From Cyanobacteria bacterium P01_D01_bin.156 (GTDB lineage Bacteria; Cyanobacteriota; Cyanobacteriia; Phormidesmidales; Phormidesmidaceae), in assembly GCA_039024555.1 (NCBI GenBank), contig JBCCQQ010000003.1, forward strand, positions 1 through 64,000: DNA of 64,000 bases, in the 5' to 3' direction. Of this stretch, positions 1 through 9,950 are shown piece after piece. The notes under the pieces are model-generated. The model had not been told where the DNA came from and searched no databases. It was given only the letters and a program-made list of their open reading frames with translations. How positions within the stretch are numbered: the stretch's first letter is position 1; each line of letters begins with the position of its first letter. The translations under genes and the position numbers were made by a program.

Positions 1-143
1 GGACCTATGAGAAGGGCATTAAGGTACCGCCTGACGAGTTAGAACCGTACCAACAACAGTGGCAACGATCTGAGACATTACCCAAATGGGATATCAAAAT
101 TGTTCCAATCTGATGGGTATCTTATTTTTTAGCGAACCCCTAG
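1..143 (+). mobile_element. Right end of an ISAzo13-family-like insertion sequence: transposase C-terminus (3..113) plus probable terminal inverted repeat (about 116..140)
   Basis: Frame 3 reads TYEKGIKVPPDELEPYQQQWQRSETLPKWDIKIVPI*, resembling the YxKGIKV...LPKW/HxxW C-terminus of ISAzo13 transposases. It is followed by GGTATCTTATTTTTTAGCGAACCCC-TAG, an IS-end-like sequence. Truncated by the window edge. Confidence 0.75.
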
Positions 144-286
144 TCCTTCGCTAATTTTCAGTGAAAAAGGATTAATCACTTTCTTATCCCTAAGAGTGAC
201 TAGCGTCAACACATCACTTTCTGAGAAGGTTTTGACTGTTAGGATGTGGAGGGTTTGCATCACTCATTTAGATTAATCTTTAAAGC

Positions 287-1177
287 ATGGGGATTCTGAT
301 TTCGGCTATTCTACCCATTGCACTGGTTGCTTTTGTAGGAGTATGGCTAGGCAGTACCTTTAAGGTAGAGCGCCAAACCCTAGCAAGAATAAGTATCTAC
401 GCCCTAGTGCCTGGCTTGGTACTCCATAGTTTAGCGAATACAACTCTAGCATTTGGGAATGCGATCGCAATTCTCATCGCCTTTCTCCTCAACACCAGTC
501 TCCTTTATCTAATTGCCATTCTTCTCAGCAGCCTTCTGAAATTCTCATCTGATGAGAAAAAGAGCTTAATTGCCACAACAATTTTTGCCAACGTTGGCAA
601 TATGGGATTGCCATTTATTCTCTTCTCCCTCGGTGATGCAGGATTAGAACGAGCCATTGTTTATTTAATCGGCTCTAGTCTGATGACCGCTAGCGTTTTT
701 CCTATTGTACTGAAAGGCGAAGGAGTTCTTAATGGATTAAAGTACACTCTTAGTTTACCAGTGCTATGGGCTGCGATCGCAGGGATTCTCCTACAAAGCG
801 TCAATGCTACTTTACCAGTGCCCTTGGAGCGGGGCATTACCCTCCTCAGCGACGGAGCCATTCCCGTTGCTCTTTTAATGCTAGGCATTCAACTTTCAGA
901 AACGCCGTTTATCTTTGGCCGCTATGAACTCATGGGAGCAGGCATACGCCTTCTCATCTCTCCCCTGCTAGCCTTTAACATTGCTAATCTCGTAGGGTTA
1001 ACCGCTTTAGATCGACAAGTTGTCGTTTTACAAGCATCGATGCCCGTAGCTGTTAATTCACTTATCTGGGTCACAGAATTAGGGGGTGATACCGTGCGTG
1101 TCGCGAGGACTATCGTTGTCTCAACATTATTAAGTCTATGCACTCTACCCGTTGTTTTATGGCTGAGCAGCCGTTGA
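287..1177 (+). CDS. AEC (auxin efflux carrier / malate permease) family transporter
   Basis: About 10 hydrophobic segments; NVGNMGLP and ASMPVAVN motifs typical of the AEC family. Confidence 0.85.
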   Translation: MGILISAILPIALVAFVGVWLGSTFKVERQTLARISIYALVPGLVLHSLANTTLAFGNAIAILIAFLLNTSLLYLIAILLSSLLKFSSDEKKSLIATTIFANVGNMGLPFILFSLGDAGLERAIVYLIGSSLMTASVFPIVLKGEGVLNGLKYTLSLPVLWAAIAGILLQSVNATLPVPLERGITLLSDGAIPVALLMLGIQLSETPFIFGRYELMGAGIRLLISPLLAFNIANLVGLTALDRQVVVLQASMPVAVNSLIWVTELGGDTVRVARTIVVSTLLSLCTLPVVLWLSSR

Positions 1178-2212
1178 CACAGAACTCTTGAAAAACGTTC
1201 TAGCCGTCTCACAATCTTGAAAGATTTGTTCTTTAAGTAAATCGAGTGACTCGAATTTCTGTTCTGGCCGAATAAAACTCTCTAAACTCACTGTGAGTGT
1301 TTTGCCGTATAAGTCTCCTTGCCAATCAAACAAATGTACTTCTACACTCAGGTCCTGGCCTTCAACAGTAGGTCTATTGCCAATATTCATAACCCCTAGA
1401 ACCGGCTGCTGATTAGGCAAAATGCCAAAGGCTTTTACGCTATAAACGCCCTGGCAAGGAATAAACTTATCCGTTGGTAGCTTCAAATTAGCGGTAGGAA
1501 ACCCGATAGTACGGCCTATTTGCTTGCCTGTAACTACCAAACCTGTAATCGTATATGCGCGGCCTAGCAACTGGTTAGCCTGAGCTAAATTTCCGTCGGT
1601 TAGAGCCTGACGAATACGAGAACTACTAATGCGTCCCTGGGCATCGTTATGCAACGGTACAATGGTTACCGGAATATGGTGACGGGTTGCTAGCTCGCTC
1701 AGTAGCTTCGCATTGCCTCCGCGCCCCTTACCAAAGTGAAAATCACTGCCTACACTAATATGGGTAGCCTGCAAGTCTCTAATCAAAACCTGTTCTACAA
1801 AGCTGGTCGCATCTAAATTAGCCAGCTCAGCATTAAACGGCAGCAACACTAGCTGATCCACACCTAAACAAGCCAGCTGACGACTCTTTTCTTCTAAAGG
1901 AGTGAGTAAGGGACGAAAAGACCCAGAAAAAAACTCCTTTGGGTGGGGGAAAAACGTAACCACTGAGGCCCATTCAGCGAAGCCAGAGCTAGAACTCTGC
2001 TCCGTAGTCACCCTACCTGGCAAATCGCTGTAGCCTGATGCTGAAGACTCCTGCAAACAGATATCTTCAGCCAGCTCCAGAGATGGGAGACCACCCTTAT
2101 GAGTTAAAACAGGCTCTATAACCTGCTGGTGGCCAAGGTGCACACCATCAAAGTTGCCAAGCGCTATTCTAGTCGGCTTTTTCGCCGATGTAGGAGACGA
2201 AGTAATCCACAC
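1157..2212 (-). CDS. ribF: Bifunctional riboflavin kinase / FAD synthetase
   Basis: ALGNFDGVHLGHQ, ISSSRIR, GRTIGFPTAN and NIGNRPTV motifs. Confidence 0.97.
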   Translation of the reverse strand: MWITSSPTSAKKPTRIALGNFDGVHLGHQQVIEPVLTHKGGLPSLELAEDICLQESSASGYSDLPGRVTTEQSSSSGFAEWASVVTFFPHPKEFFSGSFRPLLTPLEEKSRQLACLGVDQLVLLPFNAELANLDATSFVEQVLIRDLQATHISVGSDFHFGKGRGGNAKLLSELATRHHIPVTIVPLHNDAQGRISSSRIRQALTDGNLAQANQLLGRAYTITGLVVTGKQIGRTIGFPTANLKLPTDKFIPCQGVYSVKAFGILPNQQPVLGVMNIGNRPTVEGQDLSVEVHLFDWQGDLYGKTLTVSLESFIRPEQKFESLDLLKEQIFQDCETARTFFKSSVSTAAQP

Positions 2213-2283
2213 GCTTTACATTTTGACACGAAAACCTGGATGTAGTTCAGGATAAGCCAAACCATCACTTCCCACAGACACGG

Positions 2284-2685
2284 CTAGCCCATCAAGATAA
2301 CATTATCAATGACATGGATAATGCCGTTACTCGCTTCGATATCAGCAGCTAACACAGAAGCATTTTTTATTTCCAGAGGGTCATGACTGCGCACCTCAAT
2401 GGGGGAACCCTCCACAGACATCAACTGAGAAAATTCTTTGATCTTAGCCTGGGACCAAAGCCCAGGCAACACGTGATAACAAAGAATACGCCCTAACTGG
2501 GGGGGGTTTTGCACCAGGTTATTCACCGTATTGGGAGGCAGCTTCGCAAAAGCATCATCATTAGGCGCAAACACTGTAAATGGCCCTTCTCCCTGAAGCG
2601 TTTCAACCAAGCCAGCCGCCTGAACAGCAGCGACCAGTGTTTCAAACCCAGGCGTATTTACAGCGATATCAACAATCGTTGGCAT
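2284..2685 (-). CDS. cupS: Fasciclin-domain protein CupS of the NDH-1MS complex
   Basis: [13 protein letters not shown] and [10 protein letters not shown] fasciclin motifs; lies directly downstream of cupA; start moved to the ATG of MPTIVDIAV. Confidence 0.9.
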   Translation of the reverse strand: MPTIVDIAVNTPGFETLVAAVQAAGLVETLQGEGPFTVFAPNDDAFAKLPPNTVNNLVQNPPQLGRILCYHVLPGLWSQAKIKEFSQLMSVEGSPIEVRSHDPLEIKNASVLAADIEASNGIIHVIDNVILMG

Positions 2686-2762
2686 GACAATCAAAAGGAA
2701 AAATTAGCATCAAGGTTAAACCGCACTAGTTGGGCCAGTGCCTTAATCCAGGGGGCAAACGC

Positions 2763-4049
2763 CTATCGATAATTTGCCGTTTGAATATCCCGCAGACGCG
2801 CCTCAGGTCGAGTGAGACGATCCATTTGCGCTTCAAAGAAACGACGATTAGCCATCAAATGCGCTGGGTTGGGGTCGTCTAGCGGATAGTATAAGGCAGC
2901 ACGCAACGCTTGAATCACCGCTGATGTCACGTTGTACATCGAGCGCTGAAACGTAATACCCAACTGAATCAGCTGATCATCCTCACCGCGACAATTCTGC
3001 TTGTAATAGTCCTGCAAATAAGGTGGCAAGAAGTGGAGCATATCTTGCATCAACAGTGTCGGTGGAATACCCGCACTACCCACAGGAAAGACATCAGCAT
3101 AGAGAATGCCGTAGTGAAAGTCTGTTTGATCGCGAGGAACCTGGTTCAGCTGAGCGTCATAAGACTTGGTCCCACGAAAAGGCGCTGTACGATAAAACAC
3201 TGCTTCAACATAGGGCAGCGCTGCCTCATATAACCAGGTAAATCCAGCTGACTTAGGAATCACCTCAAAGCATTCATCCCCAACATAAACATGGTGATAA
3301 ATCGGTCGCCCAGCCACGGCAAAGATGCCATTGACCAGAAAGTCCATAGCATCGGGGACCCCTGCAAAACCTCCCTCGTCATAGATGTCAGACATCTCAA
3401 AGAAAACAGGGGCCATCACCTCCCAAAAGAGACCTAGGTTGGCATAGTACGACATTTGTCGCACCTGCTCTAAGAACATCTCAGGAAAGACTTTATAAAG
3501 ACCCAGCATTACAGGATTGCCTTTGAAGTAGGCCTTTATTGCTTGATCGGCAGCCGCTTTGTAGGCATCGGTATAGAGATACTCATTAAACCTGGGGTTA
3601 ATATCTTCATGCCAAAACATGGCCCGCATACAGGCTTCGGCAAACTCCATATTGACCCGATCATGGCCTAGATGATGAAACAGGCGGGGCCAGCGACGTC
3701 CACCTTCTCCCTTCTCCATAAACTCCAACAGTTCAGGATGAGCCTCACCCAGACCACGCCAAATTCTTAATGGAGACTGATCACCCGAGTAAGTGTTCTG
3801 GCGATCCAGATATTCTTGGGAGATAAAATATTTAAAGAATGGCAGCGGCTGTAAAAACACCCGCTCACCAATATACAGCAGGTCTCGCCAGTAGAAATCC
3901 ATCGGGACAGCATAGGCCTTATAGATACCGATAATCTGCATCAGATTTTCGGGGGTATCTGGCAACATTGAGCCGCCAGCCTCAAGCCGATGAATCACAT
4001 CCGCATGAATATGGGTCGATGATGGAAGCTGAACCTTAGTATCTGCCAT
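2763..4049 (-). CDS. cupA: CO2 hydration protein CupA (ChpY)
   Basis: IHRLEAGGSMLPDTPENLMQIIGIYKAYAVPMDFYWRDLLYI and GSAGIPPTLLMQDM; 428 aa; context between ndhD3 and cupS. Confidence 0.95.
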   Translation of the reverse strand: MADTKVQLPSSTHIHADVIHRLEAGGSMLPDTPENLMQIIGIYKAYAVPMDFYWRDLLYIGERVFLQPLPFFKYFISQEYLDRQNTYSGDQSPLRIWRGLGEAHPELLEFMEKGEGGRRWPRLFHHLGHDRVNMEFAEACMRAMFWHEDINPRFNEYLYTDAYKAAADQAIKAYFKGNPVMLGLYKVFPEMFLEQVRQMSYYANLGLFWEVMAPVFFEMSDIYDEGGFAGVPDAMDFLVNGIFAVAGRPIYHHVYVGDECFEVIPKSAGFTWLYEAALPYVEAVFYRTAPFRGTKSYDAQLNQVPRDQTDFHYGILYADVFPVGSAGIPPTLLMQDMLHFLPPYLQDYYKQNCRGEDDQLIQLGITFQRSMYNVTSAVIQALRAALYYPLDDPNPAHLMANRRFFEAQMDRLTRPEARLRDIQTANYR

Positions 4050-4122
4050 GGTGGTTGAGACAATTAAAAATAAAAAAAGTCAACGAGACAAGGAAAGCCT
4101 TTGCTTGCAATCGACCAGTGCA

Positions 4123-5625
4123 TCAAGAGGACGCATCACTGTTGAACAGGTCGCTAATACTGGCCAGGGGCTGACTCGGTGTAACTGCAATTGCTTTTAC
4201 CTCTGTTGGCTCGCTCCAGCGGAGTAACCAGTTAGGCTGAATGCCCAACATAATAATCAGTACTGTCAAGATTAATGCGGGTGCTTTCTCGTTTAAGGAG
4301 ACCTTAGGAAAATAAGCGCGACTGTTATCTAAACGACCAAAACAAGTGCGGTTCAGCAAGATAACGAAGTAGACAGCCGTAAGCCCCGTACCAACAATAC
4401 CCACCAGTGTCTGGATCGGAAAAACACGGAAGCTACCCTGAAAAATTGAAAATTCAGCAGCAAAGTTCACTAGGCCAGGAATACCAGCACTGGACATGGC
4501 TCCTAACAACAGTGTTGCACTTACAAAAGGCAAGCCTCTAACGGGGTTCATCAAACCGTTGAGCATATCCAAATCTCGACTACCGACCTTGGCTTCAATA
4601 ATGCCGATCAGATGGAATAGCACTGCCAGAACCAGTCCGTGGGCCATCATCTGGGCAATACAACCAGAAATACTCAAACTGTTACCAGCTGCACTACCTA
4701 GCAAAATGTATCCCATATGGCTGACAGAGCTATAGGCGACCATGCGCTTGATATCTTGTTGCACGATAGCCAGGAAAGCACAGTAAATAATTGTAATAGA
4801 CGCCCAAATAGCAACCCAAGGTGCTATCACAGCCCAACCATCGGGTAGCAAACTGAGTCCAAACCTTAATAGGCCGTAGGTTCCCAGCTTAGCTAATACA
4901 CCACCTAGCATGATTGCCACTGGCGTTGATGCTGCCACATAGGTATCTGGCAACCAGGTGTGTAGGGGCACCATGGGCACTTTGATACCAAACCCAATGG
5001 CCAGAGGAATAAGCAACAGTATTTGCAATCTAAGGGATAAATCTGTTGATGCTAGAGCAGCATAGCTAAAGTCTTCCGCGCCACCCAACCATAACAACCC
5101 AAATCCACTAATGAGAACAAACGCTCCAGAGACAGCGGTATAAATCAAAAACTTTGTTGCTGCATAGTTACGCTTTTCTCCACCCCATATGTTAAGTAAC
5201 AAATATAGAGGGATTAGACAGGCTTCATAAAAGAGAAAGAACAGCAAAAAGTTCTGGGCTAGAAACGTCCCAGCAATAACACTGCTGGTAATTAGCATCA
5301 AGCTGTGGAACAAACGAGGACGTTCTATTTCGGGCCTAGCACTATATATGGCAATCCATGTCAGGAGGGAATTTAAGCCAACCATCAGGAGGCCCAAACC
5401 ATCTATCCCCAGCTCGTAATTTAAACCCAGCGCTGGCAGCCAAGGCATCGATGTTGTCAGCTGAAACTGGCTATTGCTGAGATCAAATTGGGTAAATAGC
5501 CAAAGTGTCCACAGGAGTGCAATACCTGAAACAATCAGCGCCAAAGATTTAGCCTGACTAGGAGGAACTAACAACAACGCTAGGGCTCCTAGCAATGGTA
5601 TTACCAGCAACAGGGTTAACATCAT
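4123..5625 (-). CDS. ndhD3: NAD(P)H-quinone oxidoreductase subunit D3 (NuoM-like)
   Basis: PLHTWLPD, KRMVAYSSVSHMG and LNGLMNPVRGLP; operon context; start placed at MMLTLLL. Confidence 0.9.
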   Translation of the reverse strand: MMLTLLLVIPLLGALALLLVPPSQAKSLALIVSGIALLWTLWLFTQFDLSNSQFQLTTSMPWLPALGLNYELGIDGLGLLMVGLNSLLTWIAIYSARPEIERPRLFHSLMLITSSVIAGTFLAQNFLLFFLFYEACLIPLYLLLNIWGGEKRNYAATKFLIYTAVSGAFVLISGFGLLWLGGAEDFSYAALASTDLSLRLQILLLIPLAIGFGIKVPMVPLHTWLPDTYVAASTPVAIMLGGVLAKLGTYGLLRFGLSLLPDGWAVIAPWVAIWASITIIYCAFLAIVQQDIKRMVAYSSVSHMGYILLGSAAGNSLSISGCIAQMMAHGLVLAVLFHLIGIIEAKVGSRDLDMLNGLMNPVRGLPFVSATLLLGAMSSAGIPGLVNFAAEFSIFQGSFRVFPIQTLVGIVGTGLTAVYFVILLNRTCFGRLDNSRAYFPKVSLNEKAPALILTVLIIMLGIQPNWLLRWSEPTEVKAIAVTPSQPLASISDLFNSDASS

Positions 5626-5687
5626 GATTTCAAACAGGAGAGACTTCCAGCCATCAAACAATAGGGATACAAGAACACATCAGCCAT

Positions 5688-7532
5688 CTAACCAAACAAA
5701 GGCAGATAGCTCCAGCTCATAAGTATGGCCAAGAGAACAACACAAATGGCAATGGTCAAGACATAGAGCTGAGAGCGACCAACATTGCTATACTTCAAGG
5801 TTTCTCCACTGAGCAAGGAGAACACGCCAATAAAATTGATAAATCCATCGATGACGTAGCGCTCTACCCAATCAAAAATCTGACCGATATTGGCCACTGG
5901 CTGAATCACTACAATCCGATACAAATCAGTGGTGTAAAAGTCATCTGCTAAAAGACTATTAGCCCACTGGGGAAGATACTCTACCGGCTGCTTTGCCCGG
6001 GGTACGCCATACAGAATTAGCCCCAAGCCTAAGCCCATAGCACTGGACCATATTAGAAGTAATCCTGTTTCCCCAATGGCAGTTTGCAGAATAGGCAACA
6101 GCTTCAGGGTTTGCATCATAATTGGCACATGTAAAACAAATGCGGCCATCACCGCCATGGGCACAACTACTAACCAAATTGGCTCTGGCGCACGCACACT
6201 CATCGTCTTAGGCTTGCCAAGAAATATCAGACAAAACATGCGCACCAGACTGAAGGAAAAGAGCGCATTGATAACCAACACCGTAACGAATGGAAAAATC
6301 TGGCCTTCATACCAGAGACTGGTTTCTAGAAAACGCATGGCCCAAAACCCCCCAAAGGGAGGCAAGCCCAAAATACCTAAAGCACCCAAGATAAAGGACA
6401 AGGCAGTGATTGGGCGTCGAGACCATAACCCTCCTAACTGGGTCAAATCTTGGGTAACGCAGGTGAGTATCACTGACCCGGTACTGGCAATCAGGGCTGC
6501 GATCGCAACCGAAAATGCCATCAATAAGAAATAAGCCACCCCGACCTGGGAAGTCCCCACCGCAATCAAAACTAGCCCCATAAAAGAGCTCGTTAAATAG
6601 GACAACACGCGCTTTGCATCTATCTGCGCAATGGAAATACAAGCAGCACCAATAGCCGTAACAGAACCAATCGCCACAGCCACACTGTCCACCACTGAAG
6701 AAAGCGCTAAGACAGGGGTGAGCTTAATCAACACCCAAGCTCCCACCGGAATCACAACAGAGTTCCGCAAAATTGTTGTCGGCAGTGGTCCCTCCATGGC
6801 AGAGTCTAACCATAGGTGGAGCGGAAACTGAGCACACTTACTCACCGGCCCTGCCAACAGCGCCAAGCCCAACAACGTCGCGCCAGTACCACCGATAGGA
6901 TTTGTACTAGCCCACTCCGCAAGCTCACGAAAGCTCCATGTACCAGCCAGAGGATAGAGGGCTATTACCCCCATTAACAAAATCAAGTCCCCAGTACGTT
7001 TCGTCAAGAAGGCATCTCGGGCTCCAGTGACAACCCTAGGCTGGTTAAACCAGAAACCGACAATCAGATAGGTCCCTAAGGTCAGAATCTCTAGCATCAT
7101 GTAGCTGAAGAACAGCGAATCGCATAGCAAAAGCGCCGTCATTCCGACCTCGAACAGCGCTAACAAGCCATACAGACGAGCCCATCCCCAATCCATCTCC
7201 AGATAGCCAATAGCGTACATCTGGGCCAGGAAGTTCAAAACAATAACGACAACAACTGCCGACAAATTCAGCTGAGAAAATTCGAATGGCAGCTCTACGG
7301 AAAGATCAGCCACCTGCATCCAGATAAATGACCACCGTAAAGGGGGCTGCCCCCAAATCGCCTGTAAACAAAGCAGCGAGTGCGCAAGCGCAACCGCCGT
7401 AGTCAAGAGATTCACATATCCTGCCGGTCGAGGCCCGGTGCGCCGCACAGACATCCAAGGAACGGTTAACAAAACACCGAGCAATGGATACAGCGGAATG
7501 AGCCAACCCGATTGCAAATACACCTCAGCCAT
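5688..7532 (-). CDS. ndhF3: NAD(P)H-quinone oxidoreductase subunit F3 (NuoL-like)
   Basis: RRTGPRPAGYVN, GYLEMDWGWAR and KCAQFPLHLWLD; first gene of the cupA operon. Confidence 0.92.
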   Translation of the reverse strand: MAEVYLQSGWLIPLYPLLGVLLTVPWMSVRRTGPRPAGYVNLLTTAVALAHSLLCLQAIWGQPPLRWSFIWMQVADLSVELPFEFSQLNLSAVVVVIVLNFLAQMYAIGYLEMDWGWARLYGLLALFEVGMTALLLCDSLFFSYMMLEILTLGTYLIVGFWFNQPRVVTGARDAFLTKRTGDLILLMGVIALYPLAGTWSFRELAEWASTNPIGGTGATLLGLALLAGPVSKCAQFPLHLWLDSAMEGPLPTTILRNSVVIPVGAWVLIKLTPVLALSSVVDSVAVAIGSVTAIGAACISIAQIDAKRVLSYLTSSFMGLVLIAVGTSQVGVAYFLLMAFSVAIAALIASTGSVILTCVTQDLTQLGGLWSRRPITALSFILGALGILGLPPFGGFWAMRFLETSLWYEGQIFPFVTVLVINALFSFSLVRMFCLIFLGKPKTMSVRAPEPIWLVVVPMAVMAAFVLHVPIMMQTLKLLPILQTAIGETGLLLIWSSAMGLGLGLILYGVPRAKQPVEYLPQWANSLLADDFYTTDLYRIVVIQPVANIGQIFDWVERYVIDGFINFIGVFSLLSGETLKYSNVGRSQLYVLTIAICVVLLAILMSWSYLPLFG

Positions 7533-7757
7533 GGAACAACTTCACTACTACTCAACACTTAAAACAGTCACCAAAGCTCTGAAGTTTTGGCAGCTATAAA
7601 ATCAGCGATCGAAGGACACACTTTAGCGCTCAAATGAAAAAGCAAATGGTACTCGCTCGATCATTGAACAAGGTCTACTTCGAATAAGTTAAGGATTTAC
7701 TTAAATCTATCAATATCTTCAGTGTAGTTGGCTGTATCCAAAAAATCCAGACACTTA

Positions 7758-7805
7758 ATAGATCATTTTTAATGCGAATGTTTAGCAAGATTTATATAAG
7801 TCTAT
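7758..7805. promoter_or_regulatory. Possible LysR-type (NdhR/CcmR) half-sites upstream of ndhF3
   Basis: ATAG-N8-TAAT at 7758-7773 and ATTT-N8-CTAT at 7790-7805, each an imperfect match to ATAG-N8-CTAT. The AT-rich background makes chance matches likely. Confidence 0.3.
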
Positions 7806-7821
7806 GAATCGATGACCCTCT

Positions 7822-8598
7822 TTAGAGGGATACTTCTTCAATAATATCCAGATCAATGGGGAGTTCTGGCTGCTCTACACGTTGGCACCGCATTTGAAAT
7901 GGGCAACGAGTACAACAGTTTCGATCGTCAGTTTTCGGAAACTCTGGAGCACAGCGTAGCGATGAAAGCAGTTCAGTCAATCGCACTAGGTCAGCCCTTG
8001 TTCGCTCATGCTGCTGCAAGCTGTAAGGAAAACGATATTCGCTAGGTGGCAGATCATTCCCCTCTCGGTCTCGGTTGCGCACAAACCAGTACACCATCGT
8101 AAGCTGTTCAGCAGGCAGATCAGTTGTCTCAGCCAGTACATATAGATAAAGCCGAGTCTGCCAATCATTCATCAGCTGTTGTTTAGGAGGGGGCTTGAGA
8201 AAAGTTTTCCAATCTACGATCAGCCCTTTCGTCAACCGTAGCAACAGCAGGTCGTAAATCACCGTAAATAGATAACCATTAACGGCAAGAACACGCTGAT
8301 GCTCACTCTGACGGAGGGTTTCATCAGAGCTCGGCTGAAATAAGTGAGGGGCCTTCTCTTTTAGAGCATTAACCTTGGCAGCCATCTCAGCATCAGCCGT
8401 GCTTAACCTATTTATAGAAAGTCCTAAAGCCTGTTGTTGCATGATCAGGTGGAACTGATCTCCCCATCGAGCAGCTGCTTGGCCTTCTGGATTAATCGGC
8501 ACGGCCAGAGCCTGGTCAAATAGGTACTGAAACCGACGCGGACACGTCTCAAGCAGAGTGAGGTGAGTTTGAGACAAGGCGAGAACTGGCAGAGTCAT
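7822..8598 (-). CDS. PD-(D/E)XK nuclease family protein (Cas4/AddB-like, probable Fe-S cluster)
   Basis: N-terminal TCPRRF, GDQFH, YDLL...IVDWKT, WQTRLY and C-terminal CxxCPFxxxC. Confidence 0.88.
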   Translation of the reverse strand: MTLPVLALSQTHLTLLETCPRRFQYLFDQALAVPINPEGQAAARWGDQFHLIMQQQALGLSINRLSTADAEMAAKVNALKEKAPHLFQPSSDETLRQSEHQRVLAVNGYLFTVIYDLLLLRLTKGLIVDWKTFLKPPPKQQLMNDWQTRLYLYVLAETTDLPAEQLTMVYWFVRNRDREGNDLPPSEYRFPYSLQQHERTRADLVRLTELLSSLRCAPEFPKTDDRNCCTRCPFQMRCQRVEQPELPIDLDIIEEVSL

Positions 8599-9185
8599 TA
8601 CACTTTGCTAAGGACAAAAACGCTTCCTTGATTACCACGACCGACACGCATCATGTCATCTAGATAGGTCACCTCTAACCAACCAGGGTCACGATTAGAA
8701 CTAACTGTGAAATCAATTCCGTTCAACCAGCTGAACTTGGGGGTTTGTTGCATGGACTCAATAAACTGCGTTGGCGCTGCGTAACCTAACGTGGATTGCA
8801 AGCCAAAAATGGCTCGATCAAATCGCACATCCACGCGTTTTGTGGAAGCTACCTCAAATTTAGCCGTTACCGATACCAGCCCTCCCACAACGGATCGAAC
8901 TTCTGCCAGGTTGTAGATACGCTGCTGTTCAATTCGCAAACACTGGTAGATGTTACCCAGGGATAACAGAGGAAATCGGTCAATGCCCAATAATTCAGTA
9001 CTGGTGGTGTAAAGCAATTGCCAATTACCCTCCAGTAGATCTTTGGCAGCAAAGGGATTTGGTGTGGGATTGCACTGTTCTAGCTGGGTAATTTTGGTGA
9101 GGATATCCTGTTTTTGTTCAGACGATGCTAATAAACCGCGATTGGTAGGTGCGATCGCAGCCAGAAGATCACGTTTTTCAAGCAT
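8598..9185 (-). CDS. PAP/fibrillin family protein
   Basis: LEQCNPTPNP, LLEGNWQLLYTTS and WLEVTYLDDMMRVGRGNQGSVFVL. Confidence 0.92.
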   Translation of the reverse strand: MLEKRDLLAAIAPTNRGLLASSEQKQDILTKITQLEQCNPTPNPFAAKDLLEGNWQLLYTTSTELLGIDRFPLLSLGNIYQCLRIEQQRIYNLAEVRSVVGGLVSVTAKFEVASTKRVDVRFDRAIFGLQSTLGYAAPTQFIESMQQTPKFSWLNGIDFTVSSNRDPGWLEVTYLDDMMRVGRGNQGSVFVLSKV

Positions 9186-9508
9186 GGGTATTCACAATCG
9201 CGATAAAAATAATGATCAGCAAAAACACAATTCGTACATTTGTTCTTACCAAGGCACACCAATTATTGTTGCTCAGGGGTTGACATCTGCATCCTTTCAT
9301 ACTTTATTGGCATGACATGGTAAGAAATGCTTAATATCTAGCTTTTATCTATCAGCATCAGTAATGACTTTTAAAGTAGTGTATATTTTGATGCAGAGTT
9401 ACATACCCTGTGTATATCAGAAGTAGATGCATAAGCTAATTCAGTCCTGATCATCGTTTTTATAAACGAAGTGAAATGCTACAGTACTTGCCCCTTCTTT
9501 AATCACAC

Positions 9509-9754
9509 ATGCGTATGACTAAGTACAACCCTTCAGTACGACAGATTCCTCGCCAGCAGCATGCAGCAATCATTCCTGAGCGCGGCGACTCTTCCATTTT
9601 GCGGTGGTTGGAACGCAGTGGGCGTCTGATTGCTCGCGAGGTTGTGGACAATGTTCGCGACGAAGCTGATAGTGAGGAAATTTCAGATCTGATGGGCAGT
9701 GAGGATGCCAGCTTTGATGACGATGATTCAAGTGATGACGATGATGATGACTAG
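9509..9754 (+). CDS. Small conserved cyanobacterial protein (DUF3134-like) with acidic tail
   Basis: NPSVRQIPR...SSILRWLERSGRLIAR motif; position upstream of mraY. Confidence 0.75.
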   Translation: MRMTKYNPSVRQIPRQQHAAIIPERGDSSILRWLERSGRLIAREVVDNVRDEADSEEISDLMGSEDASFDDDDSSDDDDDD

Positions 9755-9950
9755 GTCATCCCATTGGGCCAACTAGTTATGTCTGAATACTTAGGCGATT
9801 TGTAACCTTGGCTCCTAGACTTTCATCAAGATTCACTAGAGAATCTACATGTGAGGTTTTTAGGTTTTAGTACTCTTTTGCATACAGTGCATTCTGTACG
9901 GAAAGTGGGACTAAACGCTTGAATTGTGTGGTGTGTGAAGGAAGTGAGTT

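Noticed and set aside
1157..1177. Convergent 3' overlaps (AEC/ribF here; cysK/cobS at 41213-41230) as antisense regulation
   Set aside because: Short tail-to-tail overlaps are common in compact genomes
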